Of a DNA stretch of 64,000 bases, positions 27,101 through 37,342 are shown in pieces; position 1 is the first letter of the stretch; every line of letters starts with the position of its first letter. This DNA comes from Candidatus Binataceae bacterium. GTDB lineage: Bacteria; Desulfobacterota; Binatia; Binatales; Binataceae. The notes under the pieces are model-generated. The model had not been told where the DNA came from. It did no database searches and worked only from the letters and a program-made list of their open reading frames with translations. The translations under genes and the position numbers were made by a program. Where the stretch lies: contig DATJID010000007.1 in NCBI GenBank assembly GCA_035493515.1, positions 55 to 64,054 of the forward strand, given 5' to 3'.

Positions 27101-29635
27101 CTACTTCACCAGACGGATCTGACCAAGCGTAGCAGGCAAACCGGTCACGCCAACGGCGGTGGTGGCGCTGCCCACGCTCGGCCTGCTCGCACCTATGCCG
27201 CATGGGGGCACGCTTTGCACCGAGGTGCCTATGACGGCGACTCCGGTGTCGCTGCCACAGCCGACGGGGGTCGCCGCGATCAGCAAAAACAACGCTGAGA
27301 ACAAACGTATCCGGCGGCGGTTTCCGCTGGATGCGAAAACCAACCCAAAGCCGATCAGGCCCAGAACCTCGCAGAGGAGCGCAGCCAACCGTCCCGCACC
27401 GCGCCCGCTACCGGAGACCGTTGATCCCGGGGAGCCGAACCGTCGAGCAACCTGTGATGCTCCGTTCATGCCCGCCCGTAACGTAAGGGCCGCCTTCCCC
27501 CCAACGGGAACGACCAGCGGAGGCGCGAACGTGAACGTGACAATGGAGCTCAGTGGTGCGGAAAGCGCTGCCTGAACCGGTCCTCTCTCGACGCTCGCGC
27601 TCAGCGACAAAAACGAAAACAGGGCGGGATTACTCACATTCAATGTCACCGTGCTTACCGTTTCGGGCAGACTGCCGGTATTAGTCAGCGTCATGACGCC
27701 ACCTTCGACGGGCTGTCCCGCGGAGCCCGACGACCTGGTATCCGACGCGGTGACACTCGCGGCCGGCACGGACGGAGGAAAGGCGCCGACCAGCTTGTCT
27801 ATGTCGGCGCTGCCCAACCCGGTTCCCAGGTCGTAGCCGGGACCAACCTGGTAACCGGCAAAGACGGTGCAATCCGGTCCAGCTTGCGGGCAGTTCTGTC
27901 CCGGTTGCGAAACGTCCACCAGCGCCGGACTGCCGGCGGCGGCGAGACAATAGAGCTGCGGATTGATATTGCCCAACTTGCTGGTACCCAGATTGTGCGC
28001 CAGCAAACGCGAAATCCCAGCCCACACGGGCGATCCCGCGCTGGTGCCGCCGTTGCCGAAGAAGCAGAGATTCTGAGTGCCGGGACATCCTGTGCTGATC
28101 TTTATCGGAAACGGCGGAGTGACCGGGCACGGTTTCGAGAAGCAGGCGGCTACCCACAGTCCTGGCTCGTCCGCGTTCGCCACCGAGGCCACGTCAGGCA
28201 CTCCGCGCATCGTAAACTCACCCGGCTTAAGCCCATACGCCGAGATGCTCTCCTGCCAGGCCGGCTTGCCAAACACTACACTGACACCTCCGGTGCTGCC
28301 TCCCTTTGTTGGCGTTGGGGTGGGATTGGGAGTCGCGCTTACAGTAGGGTAGGTGTTCCACACCTGTTCGAATCCAGGCTTCAGAACTGAAGTATCAACC
28401 CCGCCGACGTAGATGGGAGAGAATTGAGTACCACCCACGTTAATCACATCGGGGCTGGCCCCGGTTTCGTCGATACTGGGTTGCACGCCGGTGACGCCCT
28501 GGCTGCTAGCAGGTTGGCCGCAATCGAAAAACGATCCGAAATCGCCCGAGGCGTGAAAGAACGTTTGACCTTGAATCACGGCTTGAGCTTCGAGCGCGGC
28601 ATAGGCGCTGATCTGGGCAAAATCGGCGCACAGATTCCCGCCGTCGTGGATGCTGGAACTGATTGCGCCACACCTATTCTCGCTGACCGCGAGATTTAAC
28701 GCATCGAACTGGTGCTGCAATGAGGCCGGGTCGTTGCTGACGTAAAGCCTGATCGGAGTGTTGGGAGCGACCGCGTGCGCCCACTCCACGTCCAGCTCGA
28801 CTTCGTGATGTTTGGTCCCAAACGAGATCTTCGAGGAAGGTGTCAGCACCACCGCAAGATTCGTCGGGGGCAGATCGAATTGGGTATCGAATGACTCAAA
28901 CTCCGCCGGCTGTATGCTGTCGCCTTCCAGAAGCGCGATGCAATCGGGGCTGCGCGTGCCGCCGTTGCCGCCCGGCGCCATGGGTGAGCTCTGATCATAG
29001 TAGGTCCAGAAGTCCTGCGGGGTAAGATGCGCCGCGTTCGTAGCGGACGGTACATCGGCGCTTTCCAACCCGGCCAAGCTCAGGGGCCGGCCTGCACCCG
29101 GCTTCCCGCTCAAACCGAAAATGGCCGCTACGGTGCCGTCCAAACGCTTAGGAACCCGCGGATCGCTGACGTTCGCGTAGTCACCGGACCTGCTTACGAT
29201 CTCGGCCGAGAACGCGCGCTCCGCCTGGGATACCGTACCGCTAAAGCGGACGGTGCGAGTGACCAGATTGGCGTCAACGATGGTGAGATGATTGTCGCGG
29301 AGCCAGCTAATCACTTTTTTCATCTGGCGCTGGGTCGGACCGAAGCGACGCATGAATTCTGCAGCGCTTAGCCATCGGTGGTAGTTCGCAGAGCCGGGCT
29401 GCTGTAGTTGCGCCTTAAGTTCGTCCATTTCAGGCCGATTACGCAGCGCAAGCACCGCCACCATGTGCAGTTCGCGACTGCCGGCCGCATGGCTCCATCC
29501 GGCTAGCGCGACGCTCGAATGATTGCCCGCGATAGCCACAGTCGCTTCCTGAGCCGTCGCGTGCGAAAGCCATAGCGACATCAGCAAACCCATGGTCGTC
29601 AGGAGAGCCGCGCAGAGAAGCTGTCTGTTCTTCAT
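27101..29635 (-). CDS. S53 (sedolisin/kumamolisin) family serine peptidase with pro-domain and a long C-terminal extension containing two hydrophobic segments
   Basis: Signal peptide; pro-kumamolisin activation domain (YHRWLSAAEFMRRFGPT...VRFSGTVSQAERAF); catalytic E/D region (HEVELDVEWAHAVAP) and GGTSAGSPVWAGI serine motif. Confidence 0.85.
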   Translation of the reverse strand: MKNRQLLCAALLTTMGLLMSLWLSHATAQEATVAIAGNHSSVALAGWSHAAGSRELHMVAVLALRNRPEMDELKAQLQQPGSANYHRWLSAAEFMRRFGPTQRQMKKVISWLRDNHLTIVDANLVTRTVRFSGTVSQAERAFSAEIVSRSGDYANVSDPRVPKRLDGTVAAIFGLSGKPGAGRPLSLAGLESADVPSATNAAHLTPQDFWTYYDQSSPMAPGGNGGTRSPDCIALLEGDSIQPAEFESFDTQFDLPPTNLAVVLTPSSKISFGTKHHEVELDVEWAHAVAPNTPIRLYVSNDPASLQHQFDALNLAVSENRCGAISSSIHDGGNLCADFAQISAYAALEAQAVIQGQTFFHASGDFGSFFDCGQPASSQGVTGVQPSIDETGASPDVINVGGTQFSPIYVGGVDTSVLKPGFEQVWNTYPTVSATPNPTPTPTKGGSTGGVSVVFGKPAWQESISAYGLKPGEFTMRGVPDVASVANADEPGLWVAACFSKPCPVTPPFPIKISTGCPGTQNLCFFGNGGTSAGSPVWAGISRLLAHNLGTSKLGNINPQLYCLAAAGSPALVDVSQPGQNCPQAGPDCTVFAGYQVGPGYDLGTGLGSADIDKLVGAFPPSVPAASVTASDTRSSGSAGQPVEGGVMTLTNTGSLPETVSTVTLNVSNPALFSFLSLSASVERGPVQAALSAPLSSIVTFTFAPPLVVPVGGKAALTLRAGMNGASQVARRFGSPGSTVSGSGRGAGRLAALLCEVLGLIGFGLVFASSGNRRRIRLFSALFLLIAATPVGCGSDTGVAVIGTSVQSVPPCGIGASRPSVGSATTAVGVTGLPATLGQIRLVK

Positions 29636-29769
29636 GCGAGGCTGAGCTTAGTTTCCAAGCCGGGGTTGTCAATGTTCTGATCAGTACGCCACCGCCGACG
29701 CATGCGCCGAAGGCACCGCTTAAACTATTTAGAATTTTGCCGAGTGGACCCGGCGGAGGGGATTCTCTG

Positions 29770-30495
29770 TCAGCCGAGCGCCTCGGACGTGCGCTCGAGC
29801 CATCGCATCACCTTGGCGTGCGCATGGATCTCCGCTTCGGCGACCGGCGTAAACGGAATATTGAGCGCTCCGACCTGCGCCGCGACCGCGACGTCGGCAA
29901 CCGACAACTCGCTCCCGCATAGAAATTGCCCGTCCACCATCGAGTCCAGCCAATCCATCGCGGAGCGGAACTTCTCGCGTTGCTCGCCGACTCCCAGCCG
30001 TCCCAGCCCCTGCCCGCGCAACTGCCCCCGTGTCTGGCGCGCGAAGAGCAGCCTCACCATCGGCCTTACCGCGGCCGGAACCGGACTGAACACGACCGCG
30101 GCAAACTTCGCGAACTGCTCGGAGACCTGCCATCGTTCGTAGACCACGTGCCAGTAGAGCGATTCGTCGGCCCAGTCTTCGATCATCAGCGCCATCGCGC
30201 GCGTACGCGGATCTTGCGGGTAGAGCCGGGGCTCGGGATGGCGGGTTTCGAGATGACGGATGATTTCAGTGGAATCGGCGAGCTTGGTCCCGTCGTCGAT
30301 CATCACCGGCAGCTTGCCGCGCGGGTTGAGCTTGCGCACCTGCATCGGCGAAGTCGCGTTGATGGTCTCGAATGGGACGCGCTTGTAGCGCAGCGCATCG
30401 CGCACCTTTACGCAAAACGGCGACGCCGATTCCTGGTCGCCCAGCGGCCCGAACTGGTAAAGCCGGATGTTTCCCATGGTGCCCTTTTCTATCAT
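29770..30495 (-). CDS. glutathione S-transferase family protein
   Basis: Thioredoxin-like N-domain (SPFCVKVR, GKLPVM, ADSTEII) followed by a helical C-domain. The start is M28 (or M34, coordinate 30477) of the track ORF. Confidence 0.8.
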   Translation of the reverse strand: MIEKGTMGNIRLYQFGPLGDQESASPFCVKVRDALRYKRVPFETINATSPMQVRKLNPRGKLPVMIDDGTKLADSTEIIRHLETRHPEPRLYPQDPRTRAMALMIEDWADESLYWHVVYERWQVSEQFAKFAAVVFSPVPAAVRPMVRLLFARQTRGQLRGQGLGRLGVGEQREKFRSAMDWLDSMVDGQFLCGSELSVADVAVAAQVGALNIPFTPVAEAEIHAHAKVMRWLERTSEALG

Positions 30496-30601
30496 GGCGC
30501 GCGCGGCCGTCGAACCGGTTTCGGGGGTAACTGGCGCTTGCGCGCGAGAGCGCCTACAATCAGAAGCGACAAGCAATCAGGCGCGAATAAGGTAATTATC
30601 G

Positions 30602-31138
30602 ATGGAACGAGTTGAACTCACTCGCGAATGTGAGGCCGTCCAGGTGCCGCTCGGCGCTCCGATAACGCTCGAGAAGGGCCTTGAGGTCTTTATCACCCAG
30701 TCGCTCGGCGGCAGCTTCACCGTGCAGGTGCCCGCTTACGGCGGCCTCTACCGGATAACTGGCAAGGATGCCGACGCGCTCGGCAAAAGCTCCGAGGACG
30801 CGGCGTCCCCAGCCTCCGCCTCAGGCGACTTGGAGGCGATGGTCTGGGAGCAGCTTAAGACCTGTTACGATCCCGAGATCCCGGTCAACATCGTCGACCT
30901 CGGACTGGTGTATGCGATGGAAGTGGCGCCGGTCGACGGCGGCGCCAAGCGCGTCGACGTCAAGATGACGCTGACGGCCCAGGGCTGCGGGATGGGCGCG
31001 TCGATCGCTATCGATGCGCGCCAGAAACTTCTCGCCCTCCCGGGCGTCGCTGAGGCCAACGTTGACCTGGTATGGGATCCGCCATGGACCCCGCAGATGA
31101 TTTCGCCCGAAGGGCGCGAACGCCTGGGCCTAGACTGA
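30602..31138 (+). CDS. sufT: Fe-S cluster assembly protein SufT-like (DUF59/MIP18 domain)
   Basis: 178 aa. The N-terminal domain (V.L..G..V.I.Q.LGGSFTV) plus DUF59 core (CYDPEIPVNIVDLGLVY...MTLT..GC) matches the SufT architecture. Confidence 0.75.
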   Translation: MERVELTRECEAVQVPLGAPITLEKGLEVFITQSLGGSFTVQVPAYGGLYRITGKDADALGKSSEDAASPASASGDLEAMVWEQLKTCYDPEIPVNIVDLGLVYAMEVAPVDGGAKRVDVKMTLTAQGCGMGASIAIDARQKLLALPGVAEANVDLVWDPPWTPQMISPEGRERLGLD

Positions 31139-31169
31139 GCGCGAAAGCCTGATTCACTGCGCTGCTTCT

Positions 31170-31204
31170 GACGAAACGCGGCCTGTGCAGGCTTGCGTTT
31201 CGTC
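31170..31204 (+). terminator. stem-loop after sufT (terminator candidate without U-tract)
   Basis: GACGAAACGC-15 nt-GCGTTTCGTC, a perfect 10-bp stem. Confidence 0.4.
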
Positions 31205-31236
31205 GACCGGGTCCTCGGTGCGGAGCCGGCGAATAT

Positions 31237-31265
31237 TTGACATCACCGCTTCGCTCCGGTAGCTA
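31237..31265 (+). promoter_or_regulatory. sigma-70-type promoter candidate for rplU-rpmA
   Basis: TTGACA, 17-nt spacer, TAGCTA, ending about 20 nt upstream of the rplU ATG. Confidence 0.45.
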
Positions 31266-31284
31266 AGAGGGTTCGGACCAAAGC

Positions 31285-31602
31285 ATGTTTGCAATCGTAA
31301 GAACAGGCGGAAAGCAGTACCGCGTAGGCGTCGGCGACCAGATAACGGTCGAGCGTATCGAGGGCGACGTCGGTGCGCATATCGAACTGGGCGACGTGCT
31401 CGCTCTCGGCGGCGATGAAACGGTGATCGGCACGCCTACCGTGCCCGATGCGGCTGTGCGCGCGCGAATCGTGCAGCAGCCGCGCGGCACCAAGATCATC
31501 GTGTTCAAAAAGAAAAAGCGCAAGAATTACCGGCGCAAGCGCGGCCATCGCCAGGAACTGACCGTGCTCAAAATCGAAGAAATCAAGCGGGGCGCGGCTT
31601 AG
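31285..31602 (+). CDS. rplU: 50S ribosomal protein L21
   Basis: [16 protein letters not shown]...VE...G; 105 aa. Confidence 0.97.
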   Translation: MFAIVRTGGKQYRVGVGDQITVERIEGDVGAHIELGDVLALGGDETVIGTPTVPDAAVRARIVQQPRGTKIIVFKKKKRKNYRRKRGHRQELTVLKIEEIKRGAA

Positions 31603-31661
31603 CCCTCGCACAAGTTTTTCGCCGGCCCTTCGCGCCGGTCACATCACAGGGAGATAGGCCC

Positions 31662-31979
31662 GTGGCGCATAAGAAGGGACAAGGCTCAACGCGCAACGGC
31701 CGCGACAGTCCGGGACAGCATCGCGGCATAAAGATCTACGCCGGCCAGACCGTGCGCGCCGGCAACATCCTCGTGCGCCAGGTCGGCACCCGGGTTCATC
31801 CGGGGCGTAATGTCGGGATGGGCCGCGATTACACTCTTTACGCGCTGGTTGACGGGGTGGTCAAATACGAGACCTACCGCACCGACAAGCGGCGCGTGCG
31901 GATCGAGCCGGCGACCGCGCCGGAGAGCCCATTTCGTACCGAAGCGGCAACTGAGCCGCCGGTCGAAGCACAAACCTAG
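31662..31979 (+). CDS. rpmA: 50S ribosomal protein L27
   Basis: GTG start. [23 protein letters not shown]...G.ILVRQ.GT..HPG.NVG.G.D.TL.AL.DG.V. Confidence 0.97.
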   Translation: MAHKKGQGSTRNGRDSPGQHRGIKIYAGQTVRAGNILVRQVGTRVHPGRNVGMGRDYTLYALVDGVVKYETYRTDKRRVRIEPATAPESPFRTEAATEPPVEAQT

Positions 31980-32009
31980 GGCCGGCACGGCTTAGAATTT
32001 CGACTTCCA

Positions 32010-32046
32010 AGCCCCGCGGCCGCGCCGCGGGGCTTTTTGTTTGTTT
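32010..32046 (+). terminator. rho-independent terminator after rpmA
   Basis: AGCCCCGCGG-CCGCG-CCGCGGGGCT followed by TTTTGTTTGTTT. Confidence 0.8.
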
Positions 32047-32101
32047 ACGGCGACGGGTGTGTCGGTCGCAGCCGGCTGCCGAACTGTGAGAGGAACTCGC
32101 G

Positions 32102-33124
32102 ATGCGACTTGGATTGCTTTACGGCTTTTCTCATTCCCATGAATCGCTCGACCTGGTGCTCGAAGCCGAACGCTTGGGTTACGACTCGGTATGGACCGGC
32201 GAGGCCTGGGGCTCGGACACTATCGTGCCGCTCGCCTGGCTTGGCGCGCTGACCAGGAAAATCCGCCTCGGCACCGCAATCATGCAGATGCCTGCGCGGA
32301 CGCCGGCGATGACCGCGATGACCGCGATGACGCTCGATGCGATATCGGGCGGACGCTTCATCCTCGGCGTTGGCCCCTCGGGGCCGCAGGTGGTCGAGGG
32401 ATGGCACGGAGTACCGTATGGTAAGCCGCTAGTGCGCTACCGCGAGTATATTGCGATCCTGCGAAAGATCCTCGCGCGCGAAGCGCCGCTGGAGTTCCAG
32501 GGCTCCGAATACCAGATACCATACCGCGGTCCCGGCTCGACCGGCCTTGGCAAACCGTTGCGTCCGATCCTGCATGGCCGGCGCGACATGGAAATCTACA
32601 TGGCTTCGATCACCCCGAGCGGCGTGGCGCTCGCAGCCGAGATCGCCGACGGGGTGATTCCGGTGTGGATGAATCCTGAGCGATGGGACCTGTTCAAGCC
32701 CAGTCTGGAGCGCGGATTCAGCAGGGCGGGCGGCGCGCGCGACGCCTCGAAATTCGACCTCGCGCCGTTCGTTACCTGTGTCATGGGCCCCGAGGTCGCA
32801 AAATGCCGCGAGCCGATCAAACAAAACCTGGCGCTCTATATAGGCGGAATGGGTGCGCGCGACAAAAATTTCTACAACGACTATGCGCGGCGCGCCGGCT
32901 ATGAGGACGCGGCGAAAAAAATCCAGGATCTCTTCCTCGCCGGCAAACGCGACGACGCCGTCGCGGCGGTGCCTGACAAACTCGTCGACGAAGTCGCGCT
33001 AGTCGGACCGCGCGAGCGGATCGCCGAGCGGGTCGCCGCCTGGAAGGACTCGCCAGTCAAAACGATGCTTATCGGGACGCGTCAACCCGAAGCTCTTCGC
33101 GCGCTCGCCGAGCTGCTCCTGTAG
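32102..33124 (+). CDS. LLM-class F420/flavin-dependent oxidoreductase
   Basis: 340 aa luciferase-like TIM-barrel protein ([33 protein letters not shown]). Confidence 0.85.
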   Translation: MRLGLLYGFSHSHESLDLVLEAERLGYDSVWTGEAWGSDTIVPLAWLGALTRKIRLGTAIMQMPARTPAMTAMTAMTLDAISGGRFILGVGPSGPQVVEGWHGVPYGKPLVRYREYIAILRKILAREAPLEFQGSEYQIPYRGPGSTGLGKPLRPILHGRRDMEIYMASITPSGVALAAEIADGVIPVWMNPERWDLFKPSLERGFSRAGGARDASKFDLAPFVTCVMGPEVAKCREPIKQNLALYIGGMGARDKNFYNDYARRAGYEDAAKKIQDLFLAGKRDDAVAAVPDKLVDEVALVGPRERIAERVAAWKDSPVKTMLIGTRQPEALRALAELLL

Positions 33125-33159
33125 CCGCCGCGCGAAACCGCGTGCGGTTGTCCTGAGCG

Positions 33160-34185
33160 ATGAGATTTGTCGATGAAGCGCGAGTCTTCGTGGCCGCCGG
33201 CAAGGGCGGCGACGGCGCGATTGCTTTTTTGCGGGAGAAGTATCGCCCCTTAGGCGGACCGGCCGGCGGCGACGGCGGCCGCGGCGGCGACGTAATCTTC
33301 GAGGTCAATGAGGGCCTCGCGACGCTGCTTGATTTCAAATACAACCCGCGCCTGGTCGCGCGCGACGGCGAGGCCGGTCGCGGCAAACAGCAATACGGCC
33401 ATGCCGGTGGCGACCTGGTGGTGCGGGTTCCGCCCGGCACGCTGGTCTTCGACGAGGAGAGCGGCGAGATGCTCGCCGACCTCGTGATGCCCGGCTCGCG
33501 CGCCGTCGTCGCCCACGGCGGGATGGGTGGCAAGGGCAACATGCACTTCACCACCTCGACGCGCCGCGCCCCGCGAATCGCAACGCCGGGAGGACCGGCC
33601 GAGCAGCGCTGGGTCAAAATCGAATTGCGGCTGGTGGCTGACGCCGGCCTGGTCGGCCTGCCCAATGCCGGCAAATCCACGCTGCTCGCCGCCATCAGCG
33701 CGGCGCATCCGAAAATCGCGCCCTACCCCTTCACCACGCTCACACCCAATCTCGGCCGCGTCCAGCTTGCCGACGGCTCCGGCTTCAGCGTCGCCGACAT
33801 TCCGGGCCTTATCGAGGGCGCTCATCTCGGCCACGGCCTGGGCATCCGCTTTTTGCGCCATCTCGCGCGCACGCGAGTGCTGATCTACGTGCTTGACCTG
33901 ACCGCCGATCCCGAAAGCGATTTCCTCACCGTTCGCGGCGAACTCGCGGCGTTCGATCCGATGCTCTCGGCGCGCCCGGCACTGATAGTTTTCAACAAGG
34001 TCGATCTGGCCGGCACTGCGCGCGCCGAGGAGCTGGCGCATCGGATCGCTTCGCTCGCGCCCGAGCATGCGATCGAATCCGTCTTCGTCATCTCGGCCGA
34101 GCAGCGAATTGGACTCGAGCCGCTGATCGCGGCGATTGCGCGAATTCTCGGGCTGGGCGGGATTGAAGCATCATGTCCCAGGTGA
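33160..34185 (+). CDS. obg: GTPase ObgE/CgtA
   Basis: MRFVDEA...AGKGGDG Obg fold, then G-domain motifs GLPNAGKST, DIPGLIEGA and NKVD. Confidence 0.95.
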   Translation: MRFVDEARVFVAAGKGGDGAIAFLREKYRPLGGPAGGDGGRGGDVIFEVNEGLATLLDFKYNPRLVARDGEAGRGKQQYGHAGGDLVVRVPPGTLVFDEESGEMLADLVMPGSRAVVAHGGMGGKGNMHFTTSTRRAPRIATPGGPAEQRWVKIELRLVADAGLVGLPNAGKSTLLAAISAAHPKIAPYPFTTLTPNLGRVQLADGSGFSVADIPGLIEGAHLGHGLGIRFLRHLARTRVLIYVLDLTADPESDFLTVRGELAAFDPMLSARPALIVFNKVDLAGTARAEELAHRIASLAPEHAIESVFVISAEQRIGLEPLIAAIARILGLGGIEASCPR

Positions 34186-35318
34186 GCTACAAGCAGGAGT
34201 TCATCGCGCGCGCGCGCCGGATGGTGGTCAAGATCGGGAGCGCCGTGGTCTCCGACGCTGGTGGATTGCGGCCGGAGATTATCGCGCGACTGGCCGCCGA
34301 AATTGACGCGATCGTGCGGGCCGGGCGCGAAGTCGTAGTGGTCACCTCCGGAGCGATCGTGGCCGGCCGCGCGCGGCTGGAAAAACTCGGCGGCGCGGGC
34401 GTGGCGGCGCGCCAGGCGGCGGCGGCAACCGGGCAGATCGAGCTGATGGGCGAATGGGCACGCGCGTTTGGCGCCGTCGGACGAACGGTCGCGCAACTCC
34501 TGCTGACCCATCAGGACCTGGCCGAGCGCGCGCGCCGCACCAACGCGATTCATACCATCCAGACCCTGCTCGAAGCCGGCGTGATGCCGATCGTCAACGA
34601 GAACGACACCGTCGCGGTCGAAGAGATCCGCATGGGCGATAACGACGTGCTCTCCTCGCTGGTGGCCGGTATGGCGCAGGCGCAACTGCTGGTGATCCTG
34701 AGCGACGTCGCCGGCGTGCTCACCGGCGACCCGCGCAAGCGGCCCGACGCGCAGCTGATTCCGCTCATCACCGACCCGGAGGCCGGGATGCGCGGGCTCG
34801 TCGCCGATAGCGCGGGGCCGCTGGGAAGCGGCGGGATGGCGACCAAACTCAAGGCGGCACAGCAGGCGGCGCGCGCCGGAATCGCGGTGATCATCGCGCC
34901 GGGCCGGGTCGAGCAAGCGCTTGCCACCGCGCTCGATCCGGCACTCGAGTGCGGCACGCTGATTCTTCCGACGCGGACCCGGCTAAGAAGCCGCAAACAT
35001 TGGATCGCGTTTGCGCTGCGTCCGGCTGGAGCGTTGACCGTGGACCCCGGCGCCGCCGAGGCGCTGCGCAAAAAAGGCCGCAGCCTGCTTCCCTCGGGCA
35101 TCCGCGAAGTCGCCGGTGAGTTCAAAAGCGGCGATTGCGTGAGCCTGCTCGATCATCAGGGCGTCGAGTTCGGGCGCGGGCTGGTCAATTATCCCGCCGC
35201 CGATATACTGAAGGTGAAGGGCAGGCGCTCCAACGACATCTCGCGCACGCTTGGCTACAAGGTCGCCGACGAGATCATCCATCGCGACAACTTCGCGCTG
35301 ATCGAAGAATTGGCATGA
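34173..35318 (+). CDS. proB: glutamate 5-kinase (with PUA domain)
   Basis: VVKIGSAVV..., NENDTV, C-terminal PUA domain (L.VD.GA..AL...G.SLLP.GI); overlaps the obg end. Confidence 0.95.
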   Translation: MSQVSYKQEFIARARRMVVKIGSAVVSDAGGLRPEIIARLAAEIDAIVRAGREVVVVTSGAIVAGRARLEKLGGAGVAARQAAAATGQIELMGEWARAFGAVGRTVAQLLLTHQDLAERARRTNAIHTIQTLLEAGVMPIVNENDTVAVEEIRMGDNDVLSSLVAGMAQAQLLVILSDVAGVLTGDPRKRPDAQLIPLITDPEAGMRGLVADSAGPLGSGGMATKLKAAQQAARAGIAVIIAPGRVEQALATALDPALECGTLILPTRTRLRSRKHWIAFALRPAGALTVDPGAAEALRKKGRSLLPSGIREVAGEFKSGDCVSLLDHQGVEFGRGLVNYPAADILKVKGRRSNDISRTLGYKVADEIIHRDNFALIEELA

Positions 35319-35339
35319 ACCAAGGCATGAACGGCTGAC

Positions 35340-36593
35340 GTGAGTCTCGAAACCGAAACCCTCGCCACGCTCAAACGCTCGCGCACCGCCGCCCGCGCGC
35401 TGGCGCTCTGCCCCAGCGCGCGAAAAAACCAGGCGCTGGTTACGCTCGCCGCGATGCTGCGCGCGGAGCGCGGCGAGATCCGCGCCGCCAACGCCGGCGA
35501 TCTCGATCGCGCGCGCAGTTCCGGGATGGCCGGTGCGTTCGTCGAGCGGCTCACGCTCAACCAGGCGCGGATCGACGCGATGGCCCACAGCGTCGAGGAG
35601 GTCGCGGCCCTGCCCGACCCGGTCGGCGAAGTGATTGCGCGGTGGCGGCGGCCCAACGGCCTGGAGATTTCGCAGGTCCGCGTGCCGATCGGCGTCATCG
35701 CGATCATCTACGAGTCGCGGCCCAACGTCACCGTCGACGCCGGCGTGCTGGGGCTGAAGGCCGGCAACGCGGTAGTGCTCCGCGGGGGCAAGGAGGCGCT
35801 CGCCTCGAATGCGTTTTTAGCGGAGCTTACCGGACGCGCTCTGGAAAGCGCCGGAATCGCACGCGACGCGGTTGCCTTCGTGGGAAATCCCGACCGCGAG
35901 ATGATCCAGATCCTCAAGCGCCATCCCGAGGCGATTGACTTGATCATTCCGCGCGGCGGCAAGGCCCTGAAGGACGCGCTCGCAGGTTCAGCCGTGCCGC
36001 TACTCCCGCATTTCGACGGGCTCTGCAACACCTACGTCGATCGCACGGCGGATCTTAAGATGGCCGAGGAAATCTGCTTCAACGCCAAGTGCAGCCGCCC
36101 GTCGGTGTGCAACGCGATGGAAACCCTGCTGGTGCATCGCGAGGCCGCGCCGCGTTTTCTGCCACCGCTTGCCGCGCGAATGCGGGACGCAGGCGTCGAG
36201 TTGCGCGGCTGCGAGCGAGCTCGCGCGATCGTAGCCAGCATCAAACCGGCCGTCGACTCCGACTGGGACACCGAGTTCCTCGACCTGATCCTGGCCGTGA
36301 AAGTAGTCGACTCGCTCGACCAGGCGCTGCAGCATATCGCACGCCACGGTTCGGGCCTCGCCGACGCCATTGTGACGAGCGACCGCGACGCCGCCGCGCG
36401 CTTTCAACACGAAATCGACTCGGCGACCGTGTACGTCAACGCGTCCACCCGCTTCACCGACGGCTTCGAGTTCGGCTTCGGCGCCGAGACCGGAATCTCG
36501 ACCAATCGCCTGCACGCGCGCGGCCCGATGGGCCTGCGCGAACTGACGATCTACAAGTACCTCATCGCGGGCAACGGCCAGGTGCGCAAATGA
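35340..36593 (+). CDS. proA: glutamate-5-semialdehyde dehydrogenase
   Basis: 417 aa; IPRGG..L, CNAMETLLVH, ASTRFTDG motifs; GTG start. Confidence 0.95.
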   Translation: MSLETETLATLKRSRTAARALALCPSARKNQALVTLAAMLRAERGEIRAANAGDLDRARSSGMAGAFVERLTLNQARIDAMAHSVEEVAALPDPVGEVIARWRRPNGLEISQVRVPIGVIAIIYESRPNVTVDAGVLGLKAGNAVVLRGGKEALASNAFLAELTGRALESAGIARDAVAFVGNPDREMIQILKRHPEAIDLIIPRGGKALKDALAGSAVPLLPHFDGLCNTYVDRTADLKMAEEICFNAKCSRPSVCNAMETLLVHREAAPRFLPPLAARMRDAGVELRGCERARAIVASIKPAVDSDWDTEFLDLILAVKVVDSLDQALQHIARHGSGLADAIVTSDRDAAARFQHEIDSATVYVNASTRFTDGFEFGFGAETGISTNRLHARGPMGLRELTIYKYLIAGNGQVRK

Positions 36594-36612
36594 ACTTGGG
36601 CGGCCCCACCCT

Positions 36613-37251
36613 ATGCGAGTAGGACTTCTTGGCGGCAGTTTCAATCCGATCCACTTCGGCCATCTGCGCTCGGCCGAGGAGGTGCGCGAAGCGCTCAGGC
36701 TGGACCTGGTCTATTTCGTGCCCGCGGCGGTGCCGCCGCACAAACCCGCCGACGGGCTCGCGCCCCCGGAGCATCGGCTCGCGATGGTGCGGCTGGCGAC
36801 CAAGGGTAATCGCCACTTCATGGTTTCCGAGGTCGAGATTCGGCGCGCCGGGCGCTCCTATACGATCGACACGGTGCGTCATTTTCTGAACACCCTGCGC
36901 GGACCCTCGACCCTGTTCCTGATGATGGGCTCCGACGCTTTTGCCGAACTGGACACCTGGAAAGATTGCGAAGAACTGGTGCGCCTGAGCTCAATCGTGG
37001 TGCATACGCGCGCGTCGGACGGCGATGGCGAACCGCCGCGAATCTCACTTGCCGCGCTCAAACGCTTTGGCTACATTAGAGAAGACGATCACTACGTGCA
37101 TCCCAGCGGCCAGACACTTTCATTCGTAGCCACCACGAACTTCCCGGTTTCCGCCACGCTCATTCGTGAAAAGCTTCACCGCCACCATTCCGTCCGGTAC
37201 CTGATGCCGGGCGACGTGGTCGATTATATTCAGCGGCACGGGCTGTACTGA
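36613..37251 (+). CDS. nadD: nicotinate-nucleotide adenylyltransferase
   Basis: GLLGGSFNPIHFGHL (HxGH) and SAT.IR motifs. Confidence 0.9.
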   Translation: MRVGLLGGSFNPIHFGHLRSAEEVREALRLDLVYFVPAAVPPHKPADGLAPPEHRLAMVRLATKGNRHFMVSEVEIRRAGRSYTIDTVRHFLNTLRGPSTLFLMMGSDAFAELDTWKDCEELVRLSSIVVHTRASDGDGEPPRISLAALKRFGYIREDDHYVHPSGQTLSFVATTNFPVSATLIREKLHRHHSVRYLMPGDVVDYIQRHGLY

Positions 37252-37342
37252 CGGCGCCAGTGTTTTCGCAAAAGAGCTTCAAGCAAACCATTTGCTCCCT
37301 TTCTGCCGCCGCTCGGCGGCTCGCCGTGCCACCCTGTTCCGC

